From contig CAVXGK010000002.1 in assembly GCA_963761305.1 (NCBI GenBank), positions 2,432,001 to 2,496,000 on the forward strand: a stretch of DNA of 64,000 bases. Reading direction: 5' to 3'. This DNA is from an uncultured Gemmatimonadaceae bacterium (lineage in GTDB: Bacteria; Gemmatimonadota; Gemmatimonadetes; Gemmatimonadales; Gemmatimonadaceae). The notes beneath the pieces are model-generated. The model had not been told where the DNA came from. It made no database searches and saw only the letters and a list, made by a program, of their open reading frames with translations. Below, piece by piece: positions 1 through 9,415 of this stretch. Position 1 is the stretch's first letter; each line of letters starts with the position of its first letter. The position numbers and the translations under genes were made by a program.

Positions 1-654
1 GTGATCCCGACGGGAATTCTCCTCGCCGAGCGCACGTTGTTCTTGCCGAGCATGGGATTCGTGTTGGCCGTCGGCGGCGCGATGTCGTTCGTGGCGAGTC
101 GGCGGCCGGATGTCGCGCGGCACGCCGGGACGTTCGCCGCCGCGGCCGTGGCGATCCTCGCGCTACTCGGTGTGACTCGGAGCGTTGAGCGGCAGCGTGT
201 ATGGCGAGATCCGATGGCGCTGACGCTGGCGAGCATCGAGGATGCGCCGCTCAGTTGGCGCGTACAGCAGGTCTACGGCGACATGCTGTTCAATCAGGGA
301 CACCGCGCGGAGGGGATCGCGGCGTTTCGCCGGGCGATCGATCTCGCGCCGGAACCGTGGCGGCCGAGAAACCTGCTCGCCGGGAAGTTGCGGGCGATCG
401 GTGACGACAAGGACGCGGTGATGCTGCTGCGCGCGAGCCTCGCCGACGATCCGCGACAGATTCAAACGCTCGCTGCGCTGCCGCCGGCGCTGATCGGCGC
501 CGGGCTGTACGCGGACGCGAAGCGATTGGCGGACAGCATCATCGTCGCCGAAAACGGGCCACCGCTCATGGTGCAGATGAGCCACATCGCCGACAGCGCG
601 ATGAAGGTGAATGCGCCGCCGGGCAGCATTCGCCTCGGCGTTCCGAGGCAGTGA
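1..654 (+). CDS. TMTC-like GT-C glycosyltransferase with C-terminal TPRs, 5'-truncated by the window edge
   Basis: LAERTLFLPS motif, two TM segments, then QRVWRDPMAL and TPR-like helices (EGIAAFRRAIDLAP); same layout as the 3' half of the 4194-6150 gene. Confidence 0.75.
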   Translation: MIPTGILLAERTLFLPSMGFVLAVGGAMSFVASRRPDVARHAGTFAAAAVAILALLGVTRSVERQRVWRDPMALTLASIEDAPLSWRVQQVYGDMLFNQGHRAEGIAAFRRAIDLAPEPWRPRNLLAGKLRAIGDDKDAVMLLRASLADDPRQIQTLAALPPALIGAGLYADAKRLADSIIVAENGPPLMVQMSHIADSAMKVNAPPGSIRLGVPRQ

Positions 655-759
655 GCTTCCGTCATCTGGCCGGGGGTGCGACGTTTCGTGCGCGTCGCAT
701 GCAGCGCTGTTCACAGCGCGCGCGGCGCACGTTTTTCCCTCCAACTTTGACGGAGCTCA
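652..759 (+). promoter_or_regulatory. Structured intergenic region / candidate leader RNA of tdh-kbl
   Basis: tgagcttccgtca (652-664) pairs with tgacggagctca (748-759), covering GGAG; inner hairpins 677-699 and 704-719; stem 687-693/725-731 is followed by T5. Confidence 0.4.
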
Positions 760-765
760 GTACGC

Positions 766-1791
766 GTGAAAGCGCTGGTGAAAGCCGCGGCTCGCCCGGG
801 GTTCGAACTGAGGGACGTTCCCGAACCGACGATCCGCGACGATGAGGTCTTGATTCGTGTGAGGCGTGCCGGCGTGTGCGGCACCGACGTTCACATCTAC
901 GACTGGGACAACTGGGCACAGGGGCGCGTCAAGCCGCCGACCATCGTCGGCCACGAGTTCGCGGGTGACGTCGTACGCGTGGGTCGCCTGGTGACCGACG
1001 TCCACGAGGGCGATCGCGTGACGGCCGAAGGGCACATCGTGGACGGACGCTGCCTGCTTTGCCGCACCGGCAACTCGCACGTGTGTCCCTACACGAAGAT
1101 CATCGGCGTGGACCGCGACGGCTGCTTCGCCGAGTACATCGCGATGCCGGCGACGAACGTGTGGCATCTCGACGACAACATCTCGTTCGACGTCGGCGGC
1201 ATTCACGATCCGATGGGCAACGCGTTTCACACGGCGCTCACGGCGCCGATCCCCGGCTCGACGGTGCTCATCACGGGCTGCGGTCCGATCGGCATCTTCG
1301 CGGTCGGGATTTGCCGGGCGGCCGGCGCGTCGCGCATCATCGCCAGCGACGTGATCGAAGCGCGGCTCGCGCTCGCCAAGCAGATGGGCGCGCACGACGT
1401 GGTGCATCCGGCGGAAGCCGAGGCGGTGGTGAAGCAGCACACGGAAGGCCTCGGGGTGGACGTGGTGCTCGAGATGTCCGGCATTCCGGCGGCGATTCAC
1501 CAGGCGTTCTCGCTGGTGCGCGTGGGCGGACGAGTCCAGCTCCTCGGCATTCCGTCGCAGAAGGTGGATCTCGATCTGCCGAACGAGATCATCTTCAAGG
1601 GGCTCACCGTGTACGGCGTCGTCGGACGACGGATGTACGACACGTGGCTCCTCATGACGCGCTTCCTGCGATCCGGCCAGTTCGATCCGACGCCGGTGAT
1701 CACACATCGCTTTCCGCTCGAGGCGTACGACGACGCGATCCGCGCGATCAAGTCCGGGCAAGCCGGCAAAGTGATCTTCGAGATCGCCTGA
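766..1791 (+). CDS. tdh: L-threonine 3-dehydrogenase
   Basis: Zn-ADH motifs CGTDVHIYDWD, GHEFAG, GCGPIG and C-terminal GKV; directly upstream of kbl. Confidence 0.95.
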   Translation: MKALVKAAARPGFELRDVPEPTIRDDEVLIRVRRAGVCGTDVHIYDWDNWAQGRVKPPTIVGHEFAGDVVRVGRLVTDVHEGDRVTAEGHIVDGRCLLCRTGNSHVCPYTKIIGVDRDGCFAEYIAMPATNVWHLDDNISFDVGGIHDPMGNAFHTALTAPIPGSTVLITGCGPIGIFAVGICRAAGASRIIASDVIEARLALAKQMGAHDVVHPAEAEAVVKQHTEGLGVDVVLEMSGIPAAIHQAFSLVRVGGRVQLLGIPSQKVDLDLPNEIIFKGLTVYGVVGRRMYDTWLLMTRFLRSGQFDPTPVITHRFPLEAYDDAIRAIKSGQAGKVIFEIA

Positions 1792-1806
1792 TCCGATTCG
1801 CGCTGT

Positions 1807-1841
1807 ACTCCGCACTCCGCCCCCCGCACCCCGCACTCCCC
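1807..1841. repeat. Five 7-bp tandem units (ACTCCGC consensus)
   Basis: actccgc actccgc cccccgc accccgc actcccc between tdh and kbl. Confidence 0.75.
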
Positions 1842-1850
1842 TCTCGTCAT

Positions 1851-3089
1851 ATGTCGCTCAACAAAGAATTCACCAAAGGGCTCGAGGACACGATCGAGCA
1901 GCTTAAGCGGGATCGCGTCTACAAACGACTCAACTATCTCGCGTCGCCGCAATCGTCGCGCGTGAAGATGGAAGGCCGCGGCGACGTGCTGATCCTGTCG
2001 TCGAACAACTACCTCGGTCTGTGCGACGAGCCGTCGGTGGTGCAGGCGGGGATCGACGGCCTCAAGGAGCTCGGCGCGGGCACGGCGAGCGTACGCTTCA
2101 TTTGCGGCACGTTCGCGATTCACCGTGAGCTCGAGGCGGCGCTGGCGAAGTTCGTCGGGTGCGAATCGTCGCTCAGCTTCGTGTCGGCCTGGAACGCGAA
2201 CGAAGGACTGACGGCCACGGTCGCGCAGGAAGGCGACTACATCGTGTCCGACGCGCTCAACCACGCGTCGATCATCGACTCGATGCGGCTCGCCAAAGCG
2301 ATCAGCAAATGCACGACGGCCGTGTTCAAGCACGCCGACATGGACGACCTGCGCGCCAAACTCGCCGAGGCAAAGGGATTCAAGCGACGAATGATCTGGA
2401 CCGACGGGATCTTTTCGATGGAGGGCGCGATCGCGAAGCTGCCCGACATCTTGCAGATCGCGCGCGAGACGAACTCGATCGTCGCCGTGGACGATTCGCA
2501 CTCGACCGGCGTGCTCGGCAAGACGGGACGAGGAACCGCGGAGCACTTCGGCGTGCTCGGCGAGGTCGACATCATCACGTCGACGCTCGGCAAAGCGCTC
2601 GGCGGAGCGGCGGGAGGATTCGTCGCCGGACCTGAAGCCCTCACCGATTATCTCACGCAGCGCTCACGGCCGCAGCTCTTCTCGAACGCGCTGCCGCCGA
2701 CCGTGGCAGCGAGTGCGCTTGCTGCGGTGCGACTGGTCGAAGCGAATCCGGGTCGCGTCGAAACGCTGCGCCAGAACACGAAGTATTTCCGAGAGCAAAT
2801 CACCGAAGCCGGATTCAAACCAATTCCCGGCGAGACGCCGATCGTGCCGATCATCGTCGGCGAGACGGCGGCGGCGATTCAGATGAGCGACATGCTGCTC
2901 GACGAGGGCGTGTTCGTGACGGGGTTTGGATTCCCCGTTGTGCCGCAGGGAACGGCGAGGGTCAGATGCCAGATCTCGGCGGGGCATTCGCGCGACGATC
3001 TCGACGAGGCGGTTCGGGTGTTCAAGAAAGTGGGAGCAAAACTCCGACTGATAGGGGCGAAGGGCGAAAATAACGAAGGGCGAAGATAA
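1851..3089 (+). CDS. kbl: Glycine C-acetyltransferase (2-amino-3-ketobutyrate CoA ligase)
   Basis: SSNNYLGL, ASVRFICGT, DALNHASIID, DDSH, STLGKALGG (PLP Lys), RSRPQLFSN; ATG at 1851. Confidence 0.95.
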   Translation: MSLNKEFTKGLEDTIEQLKRDRVYKRLNYLASPQSSRVKMEGRGDVLILSSNNYLGLCDEPSVVQAGIDGLKELGAGTASVRFICGTFAIHRELEAALAKFVGCESSLSFVSAWNANEGLTATVAQEGDYIVSDALNHASIIDSMRLAKAISKCTTAVFKHADMDDLRAKLAEAKGFKRRMIWTDGIFSMEGAIAKLPDILQIARETNSIVAVDDSHSTGVLGKTGRGTAEHFGVLGEVDIITSTLGKALGGAAGGFVAGPEALTDYLTQRSRPQLFSNALPPTVAASALAAVRLVEANPGRVETLRQNTKYFREQITEAGFKPIPGETPIVPIIVGETAAAIQMSDMLLDEGVFVTGFGFPVVPQGTARVRCQISAGHSRDDLDEAVRVFKKVGAKLRLIGAKGENNEGRR

Positions 3090-3332
3090 CGAACGGCGAA
3101 ACTAACAAAGGGCGAAACTAACAAAGGGCGAAGACAACAAACGGCGAAGCTAACAAAGGGCGAAGGTGACGAACGGCGAGAACGACGACGACCTCCGCCG
3201 TTGTCCGGTCCACCCGTCCACGCGGCTCCAGACTTGCTGCACAAACGTCGAATCCGGCCCTTCGCCGTTCGTTAGCTTCGCTCTTCGTTAGTATCGTTTC
3301 TTGTCACCTTCGCCGTTTGGCAGTTTCGCCCC
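3061..3332. repeat. 16-bp tandem repeat (8 units, 3061-3188) with inverted copies (about 4.5 units, 3258-3332)
   Basis: Units such as agggcgaaactaacaa and acggcgaagctaacaa; the downstream ttcgccgttcgttagcttcg...ttgtcaccttcgccgtttggcagtttcgcc is their reverse complement. Confidence 0.9.
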
Positions 3333-3413
3333 CCGGCGTTCCCGTGACGCGGCCGTTTTCGCCTCGTCCGACATAGAGACCAACTGATAGCTTTCTCTTT
3401 GTCGAGGATCCGT

Positions 3414-4079
3414 ATGCGAATTCTCCGTGCGCTGGCGCTCGCTTCCGCTGTCGTCGCGCTGCCCGCCATCTCGGGCGCCCAGGAAGGGCGACAGTTCAAG
3501 GACGCGTGGTTCTGGGGCTTCAAGGCCGGCAGCCTCACCCTCGCCGACAGCGGCGGCCACTACACGCAAGCCCCGTTGCTGGGCTTCGAGTGGCTGATCA
3601 CGCGAACGCACGGCGGATTGTATCTGTCGGCGAGCCAAGCATTCTTCAATCAGCAGACGTTGGCGATTCGCGATCCCAACGCGCCTGCGGACAGCGGGCT
3701 CCGCGTCATCAACCTGACGAACATGCGCCGGTTCGATGCGGCGGTCATGGCGTTCCCGGGTGAGCACAATCGCTGGCATCCCTACGCCGGCATCGGGTTC
3801 ACGCTGAACATCATCGCCGACGCGCAGGGACAAGCGCCGTTCGGCAGCGTCGACCAGCTGGCGTTCACGCAGGCGATGATCCAGCAGGACAAGGTGAGCT
3901 TCTCCCCGCTCGGCATCGCCGGGGTCCAATATCGGTTCCCCGAGATTTCGGTGTTCGGGCAGGGCACGGTCAACGCGACCCAGCACACCTTCCTGCTCTA
4001 CAACGGACAGCCGGTCAATTTCTCGTTCGAGATCGGGGTCCGATACAACGTCGGATCGTCAATCGACAAGAACAACTAG
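3414..4079 (+). CDS. Exported protein, probable small outer-membrane beta-barrel
   Basis: GAGGA RBS, signal peptide ending SGA-Q, amphipathic strands (WHPYAGIGF, AGVQYRF, FEIGVRYNV). Confidence 0.7.
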   Translation: MRILRALALASAVVALPAISGAQEGRQFKDAWFWGFKAGSLTLADSGGHYTQAPLLGFEWLITRTHGGLYLSASQAFFNQQTLAIRDPNAPADSGLRVINLTNMRRFDAAVMAFPGEHNRWHPYAGIGFTLNIIADAQGQAPFGSVDQLAFTQAMIQQDKVSFSPLGIAGVQYRFPEISVFGQGTVNATQHTFLLYNGQPVNFSFEIGVRYNVGSSIDKNN

Positions 4080-4100
4080 GGACCAACGGCTTAGAGAACC

Positions 4101-4134
4101 AATGGCCGGCCCCTAGGGGCCGGCCATTTGCTTT
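4101..4134 (+). terminator. Perfect palindrome, likely intrinsic terminator
   Basis: aatggccggcccc-ta-ggggccggccatt followed by tgcttt, just after the stop at 4079. Confidence 0.7.
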
Positions 4135-4193
4135 GGGGCCGACGGAAACGCCCAAAGGCCCAACGTCTGGCCGCGCCCGCGGTTAGCTGCGTC

Positions 4194-6150
4194 GTGCGCA
4201 CTCGAGATCGACGACGGGTCGGTTGGTTCGCGGCTTTCGCTGTGGCAGCCGTCGCGGCCTATTCGTCGGCCGTCCGGGCCCCGTTCGTCTTCGACGACCT
4301 CCCGGGCATTCAGCAGAACGAGACGATCCGCTCGCTGTCGCCCGCCGTGCTGCTTCCCCCCGCGCGGAGCTCGGTCGCCGGACGACCGGTCGTAAACGTC
4401 ACGCTCGCCGTCAATTACGCCATCAATGACGCCCTCGGCGTCGACCAGCAGGGAGATCCCGACGGGCCGAACAAGACGATCGGGTACCATATCGCCAACG
4501 TGCTGTTTCATCTGCTGTGCGGACTCCTGTTGTTCGGCATCATCCGGCGCACGATCGCCCACGACGATGAGGCGGCCGAGAATCTCGACGCGGAGCGAGT
4601 CGCCGGGTTCGCCGTCCTGCTGTGGCTCGTCCACCCGATTCAGACCGAGGCGGTGGATTACGTCATCCAGCGCTCGGAACTGATCGTCTCGTTGTTCTAC
4701 GCCGCGACGCTCTACGCAGCGATCCGGGCCTGGGACTCCAAGAACCGCTCGACGCGGTGGTGCGTCGCCTCGGTGGTCGCTTGTGCGCTCGGGATGGCCA
4801 GCAAAGAGGTCATGATCACGGCGCCGATCGTCGTCATGCTCTACGACCGGGCGTTCCGCGCCGATTCGTGGGCGGAGCCATGGCGAAACGCGCAACGGCG
4901 GCGGCTATACGTCGCGCTGTCGGCGACGGGCGTCATCGTGCTGCTCACCATACTCGCCGGTGCCCGCAGCCAGAGCGTCGGCTTCGGCCTCGGCGTGCCG
5001 TGGTATGAGTATTTCTACACACAGGCCTGGGCGATCGCGCGGTACGTGCGACTTCGTGGCGTGGCCGAACGCGCTGACGTTCGACTATGGAGAACGGCCG
5101 GTTTCTTTCGCGCAGAGCATCCCGGGCCTCCTGCTGCTGGGAGGGTGTTTCATCGGCACCGTCGTCGCGTTCGTGCGACGCCGCTGGATGTGGCTCGGAT
5201 TCCTCGGCGCGTGGTTCTTCCTGATTCTGGCGCCGTCGTCGAGTGTGGTGCCGATCAAAACCGAGATCGCCGCCGAGCGGCGCATCTATCTCGCGAGCGC
5301 GGCGGTCTTCGTGCTCGTCGCCATCGGGGCGGAGCGGTTGGCGAGGCGGTTTGCGAAAGGAGTGGTCGTCCAGCGGGCGGCGTTCGGGCTCGTCGCGGCG
5401 GCACTCGTCGTCGCCAGTGCGATGCGTGGCCTCACGTTTCGCAGCCAGGAGACGCTCTACCGCGACGTGATCGCCAAGGCTCCGTACAACCCTCGCGGAT
5501 ACGTCGGCGTCGGCCTTGTGTATCTCGAGCGCGGACCGGCGTCGTTCGACACCGCGACCGACTTGTTCAAGCGGGCGCTCGCCGTCGATTCCAGCTCGAC
5601 GTTGGCGTGGCGGAGCCTCGCGCTGATCGACGGGCTGACGCAGGAATGGCCTGACGCGGTCGCGGCGTACGGTCACGTGCTGCACGTCGACTCGACGGAC
5701 GCCGGGGCGACGGACGGAATCGCGCGCGCCTTTCTCGCCCAGGGAGACGCCGCGGCGGCGACGCCGTACGTGGAACGGATGGGCAGCGCCGATCTCGGGC
5801 TCCTCTGGTCGCTCGGCAAGGAGCTCGTCGACGAGCATCGCGGGCAAGATGCGGTGCGCTATCTCGAGGTCGCGGCCAACAGCGAGGTGCCGTCGGCCGA
5901 GAACCTGGCGGAGCTGAGCGAAGCGTACGCGCAGAGCGGGCGCGTCGACGACGCCGAGAAGGCGGCCGCCGTGGCGACGGCGAGCGCCGGAGACACAGCG
6001 ACTGTATTCGTGCTCGCCGGACGCGCGATGGTCGAAGCGCGTAAGATCGGTGAGGCGCGAACATATCTGCTGCACGCACTCGCTCTCGACTCGTCGCTGG
6101 ACGCGGTGCGACACGCGCTCGATTCAATCAACGCGCCGCATTCGCACTGA
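4194..6150 (+). CDS. TMTC-like GT-C (protein O-mannosyltransferase-like) glycosyltransferase with TPRs; frameshifted near 5053 as assembled
   Basis: PFVFDD, RPVVNVTLAVNY, YHIANVLFH, HPIQTEAVDYVIQRSE and SKE in one frame; VAWPNALTFDYG, AERRIYL and TPRs continue in the 4960-6150 frame; start GTG 4194 is inferred. Confidence 0.8.
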
Positions 6151-6211
6151 GCAGTACAGCGGAATAGGTTATGGCCGCGCGGTTACTCCGCCGGCCACCG
6201 ACCCTTCCAAA

Positions 6212-7898
6212 TTGCGCGATCGTCTCACCAAAGCGTCGATCGTTCTGATCATCCTCGTCGCGGCGTGCGTGACCGCGCTCGCGTCTCGGCGGAATTCGCT
6301 CACCTGGGACGAGCCGGTGATGATCGCGTCGGGCGCGCGCGGCATGGTGACGGGCGATTTCACCATGACGTGGGATCAGCCGCCGGGCGTTCCGTACGTG
6401 TACGGCGTCGCGGTGCGCTTGTACGACTTATTGTCGAAGGCACGCGGCGGCACCGGCGTGCGGTATCCGTCCGAAGACGGGACGATCGTGCTTCCGCCGG
6501 AGCTTGCCGCGCAGTTGCCGCCGAGCGTTCACGCATCCGGAAGCGGACTTGTGCCGCGGTGGGGGCTGTACAGTCGATACGACTACGCGCGCGAGCTCTT
6601 CTTCAAGTCCGGCAACGACCCGGAGCGGCTGGCGTTTACGGCACGATTGGCGACGATCGTCATCGCGTCGCTGCTCGGGTTGATGGTCGCGGTGTTCACG
6701 TGGCGAAGGGCCGGGCCGTTGGCATCCGTTCTCGCGACGTCGCTCTTCGTTTTCTTGCCGGACGAGCTGGCGCAAGGCGGCATCGCGTACAACGACGTAG
6801 CGCTGGCGTTCTGTTTCTTCATCGCGGCGTGGGCGATCGACAATTGCATTCGCCGGCCCGCTTCCACGCAGCGCGGTGCTGGCCGGCGCGGCGACGGGGC
6901 TCGCGTTGGGCGTCAAGTTCAGCGCGCTCACGCTCGGTCCGATCGCGATCATTCTCTGCGCCGCCGAATGGATGTCGCGCCGGCGTGACGCCGAGTGGAT
7001 GCGAAAGATGGCGGCGGCGGCGCTAGTCGCGTTCGGCGTGAGGCTGGTCGTGTTGTTCGTCGTCTACGGCGGCGATTTCACGTTGACGCAGTTCCGCGAG
7101 GGTGTGCGCGAACAGCTCCGACACTCGGCGAGCGGGCACGGCGTGCCGGCGTACTTGTTCGGCCACACGAGCGACGACGGGATGTGGTACTTCTTTCCCG
7201 TCGCGCTCGTGCTCAAGACGCCGATCGCGTTCCACGTTCTCGCGTTGATCGCGTTGTACGGATATGTCGCGACGCGAAAGGGCGGCGGTTCGGTGCTGAC
7301 GAGCCCTTTGCGATTTCTCGTCGTGGGAATCCTCGTGTATCTCGCGGTGTTGATGCGGTCGAATCTCGACATCGGGGTTCGGTACGCGTTGGCGGTGATG
7401 CCGTCAATCGTGATTCTGGTCGCGGTTGGGCTGGCGCGAGTCTGGGAGAGAACGCGCTTGGCCGCGCGCGCGACGATCATCGCGTTCACCGTGGCGAGCG
7501 TCGCGTCGCCGTTGGTGCGGTATCCATGGTTCCTGTCGTACATCACCGAGTGGGTGCCACCGCGGACGAGTCACACGGCGATGGTGGACTCGAATCTCGA
7601 TTGGGGGCAGGGGCTGTTGGCCCTGCGGGATTTCATGCGCGACGAGCACGTGGACGGCGTGTACTTGGCGTACTTCGGCTCGGCGTTGCCGGAAGGTTAC
7701 GGCATTCGCTACTCGCCGCTTCCCAGTTGGAGCCCGCTTCCGCAGCAGCCGCCGTTACCGGCCGCGCCGCACTGGGCGGTGATCTCGGCGACGTTGCTTC
7801 AAGGGCTGTACGAGAACGGTGATCCGTTCCGCACGCTTCGGGAGCGGGCGCCCGATCGGATCATCGGCAACTCGCTGTTCGCTTACCGGGTGCCGTGA
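6212..7898 (+). CDS. ArnT/PMT-like (GT39/GT83-type) membrane glycosyltransferase; frameshifted near 6860 as assembled
   Basis: SLTWDEP motif and TM helices in the 6050-6988 frame; GVKFSA, WYFFPVALVLKTP, IGVRY and DSNLDWGQ in the 6876-7898 frame; start uncertain (TTG 6212). Confidence 0.75.
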
Positions 7899-7995
7899 GC
7901 TCGGTCGATTAGCTCACGGAGTTCGGTCGTTCGCTCACGGAGTTCGGTCGTTCGCTCGCGGAGTTCGGTCGTTCGCTCGCGGAGTTCGTTCCTTT
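7897..7995. repeat. 21-bp tandem repeat, four units plus a partial unit
   Basis: gctc(a/g)cggagttcggtcgttc at 7912, 7933 and 7954; fourth unit at 7975 has a degenerate end. Confidence 0.9.
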
Positions 7996-8727
7996 GCTGC
8001 GTCTCCGCAACACTTGTGGCTCTTACTTCGTTCCGCCGGCGACGTGCAGCGGGTCGGCGCTGCCTTTACGCCGGCTGGCGATCGCGGTGCACAGTCGTGA
8101 GGCGCCGTGCGGCGTTTCGGTGCGAGCGATCGGCGAGGCGTCGAGGCCTGAGAGTTGGAGTCGGCCGACGTCGCGGCGGATGTTGGTTGCCAGGCCTTTG
8201 GTCGTCGCGCGTTCCGATGTTGAAATGTGGATTTCCGGCGGAAGTGAACGGTGTTCGCACGATCCGGCGCGAAGTCCGCAGGGTCCGTCGTCACCGCACG
8301 GCGCGGAGGCGCGCACGCCGGGCGATCGCACGCCGACTGATGCCGGGGAGTTGCCGTCGGAACGCGATCCGTCGACGACTGAGTGCTGACTGATGCGAAC
8401 TAAATTCGTGCGATGTGGCGCGCACGCCACGGCGATGCGAACTGAACTCGCGCCGTGGTCGCCGATATTCGAGCGACGCCGAACTGACAGCGGTCAGTCG
8501 CGAGTTGAAATCGGGGATCGACGAGTTGGCGTCGGGTCGACGCGGTTGAACGCGAGGACAGTGAAAGCGTCTGTTGGTCGTTGGATGGTGGCGTTTGCGC
8601 GCGCGCGGCCGGCATCGCGAGATTTTCCACATCACCGCGGGTCGCGGCGGACTGAGTGCAGGACGGAATGAGTTGAACGGCCGGCGGCGCTCGATGAATG
8701 CGTGGATCGCACGCCGCCGAACTTGCG

Positions 8728-9363
8728 CTAGCCGTCGGTCCGCGATCGCTGCGAGACGTAGGGACTATCCCGCACGATCCAACGCAGCGGCCAGTCGGCG
8801 CAGCGCGAGATCCCGATGCGCGGCGTGATCGCCACATCCGCATCGCGCACCGGCGACCCTTCGCGAATCGTCAACGCCCCACGCTGAAGCCCGGCGCGGT
8901 TGAAGCTCCCATCGATTCCGAGCGCGTCGCACAACTTCGCCGGACCGTTCGTGAGGTCCACGTCGCGACGCACGCCGCGCCGCGCGCGCATCAACTCGAT
9001 TCCCACCACCGGCTCGAGCGCGCGCACGAGCACCGCGCTCGGCTCACCCTTGGCGCGCGTCACGGCGTTAAAGCACCAATGCATCCCGTAGATGAAATAC
9101 ACGTACGCGATGCCCGGCCGCTCGTAGAGCGGCGCCGTGCGCTCGGTGAGGCCCGCGGCAGCGTGACAGGCGAGATCGTGCTCGCCGAGGTACGCCTCGG
9201 TCTCGACGATCCGACCCGCGGCGACGCCCTCGCGAGTGCGGCACACGAGTGTGGCGCCGAGCAGGTCGCGCGCGACTCGTTCGGTGGGGCGATCGTAGAA
9301 CGACGTCGGGAGCGGCGGGCCGAGACGAAAACGCCGCGCTGTGGGCGCGGCGCTCGTGATCAT
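8728..9363 (-). CDS. DNA-3-methyladenine glycosylase (MPG/AAG family)
   Basis: GRIVETEAY, AYVYFIYGMHWCFN, AVLVRALEP, NGPAKLC, PRIGIS. Confidence 0.93.
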   Translation of the reverse strand: MITSAAPTARRFRLGPPLPTSFYDRPTERVARDLLGATLVCRTREGVAAGRIVETEAYLGEHDLACHAAAGLTERTAPLYERPGIAYVYFIYGMHWCFNAVTRAKGEPSAVLVRALEPVVGIELMRARRGVRRDVDLTNGPAKLCDALGIDGSFNRAGLQRGALTIREGSPVRDADVAITPRIGISRCADWPLRWIVRDSPYVSQRSRTDG

Positions 9364-9365
9364 CT

Positions 9366-9407
9366 GAACCTCGTCATACGAACCTCGTCATGCGAACCTC
9401 GTCATGC
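9366..9407. repeat. 14-bp tandem repeat x3
   Basis: gaacctcgtcatac gaacctcgtcatgc gaacctcgtcatgc fills most of the NYN-MPG spacer. Confidence 0.85.
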
Positions 9408-9415
9408 GCCCGACG

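Noticed and set aside
3061..3332. CRISPR array
   Set aside because: Units abut without unique spacers, are only 16 bp, and no cas genes are present; the same holds for the 21-bp and 14-bp arrays
7883..8065. Minus-strand coiled-coil peptide (ELRERTT repeats) encoded by the 21-bp array
   Set aside because: The frame has no ATG, GTG or TTG after the in-frame TAA at 8066-8068
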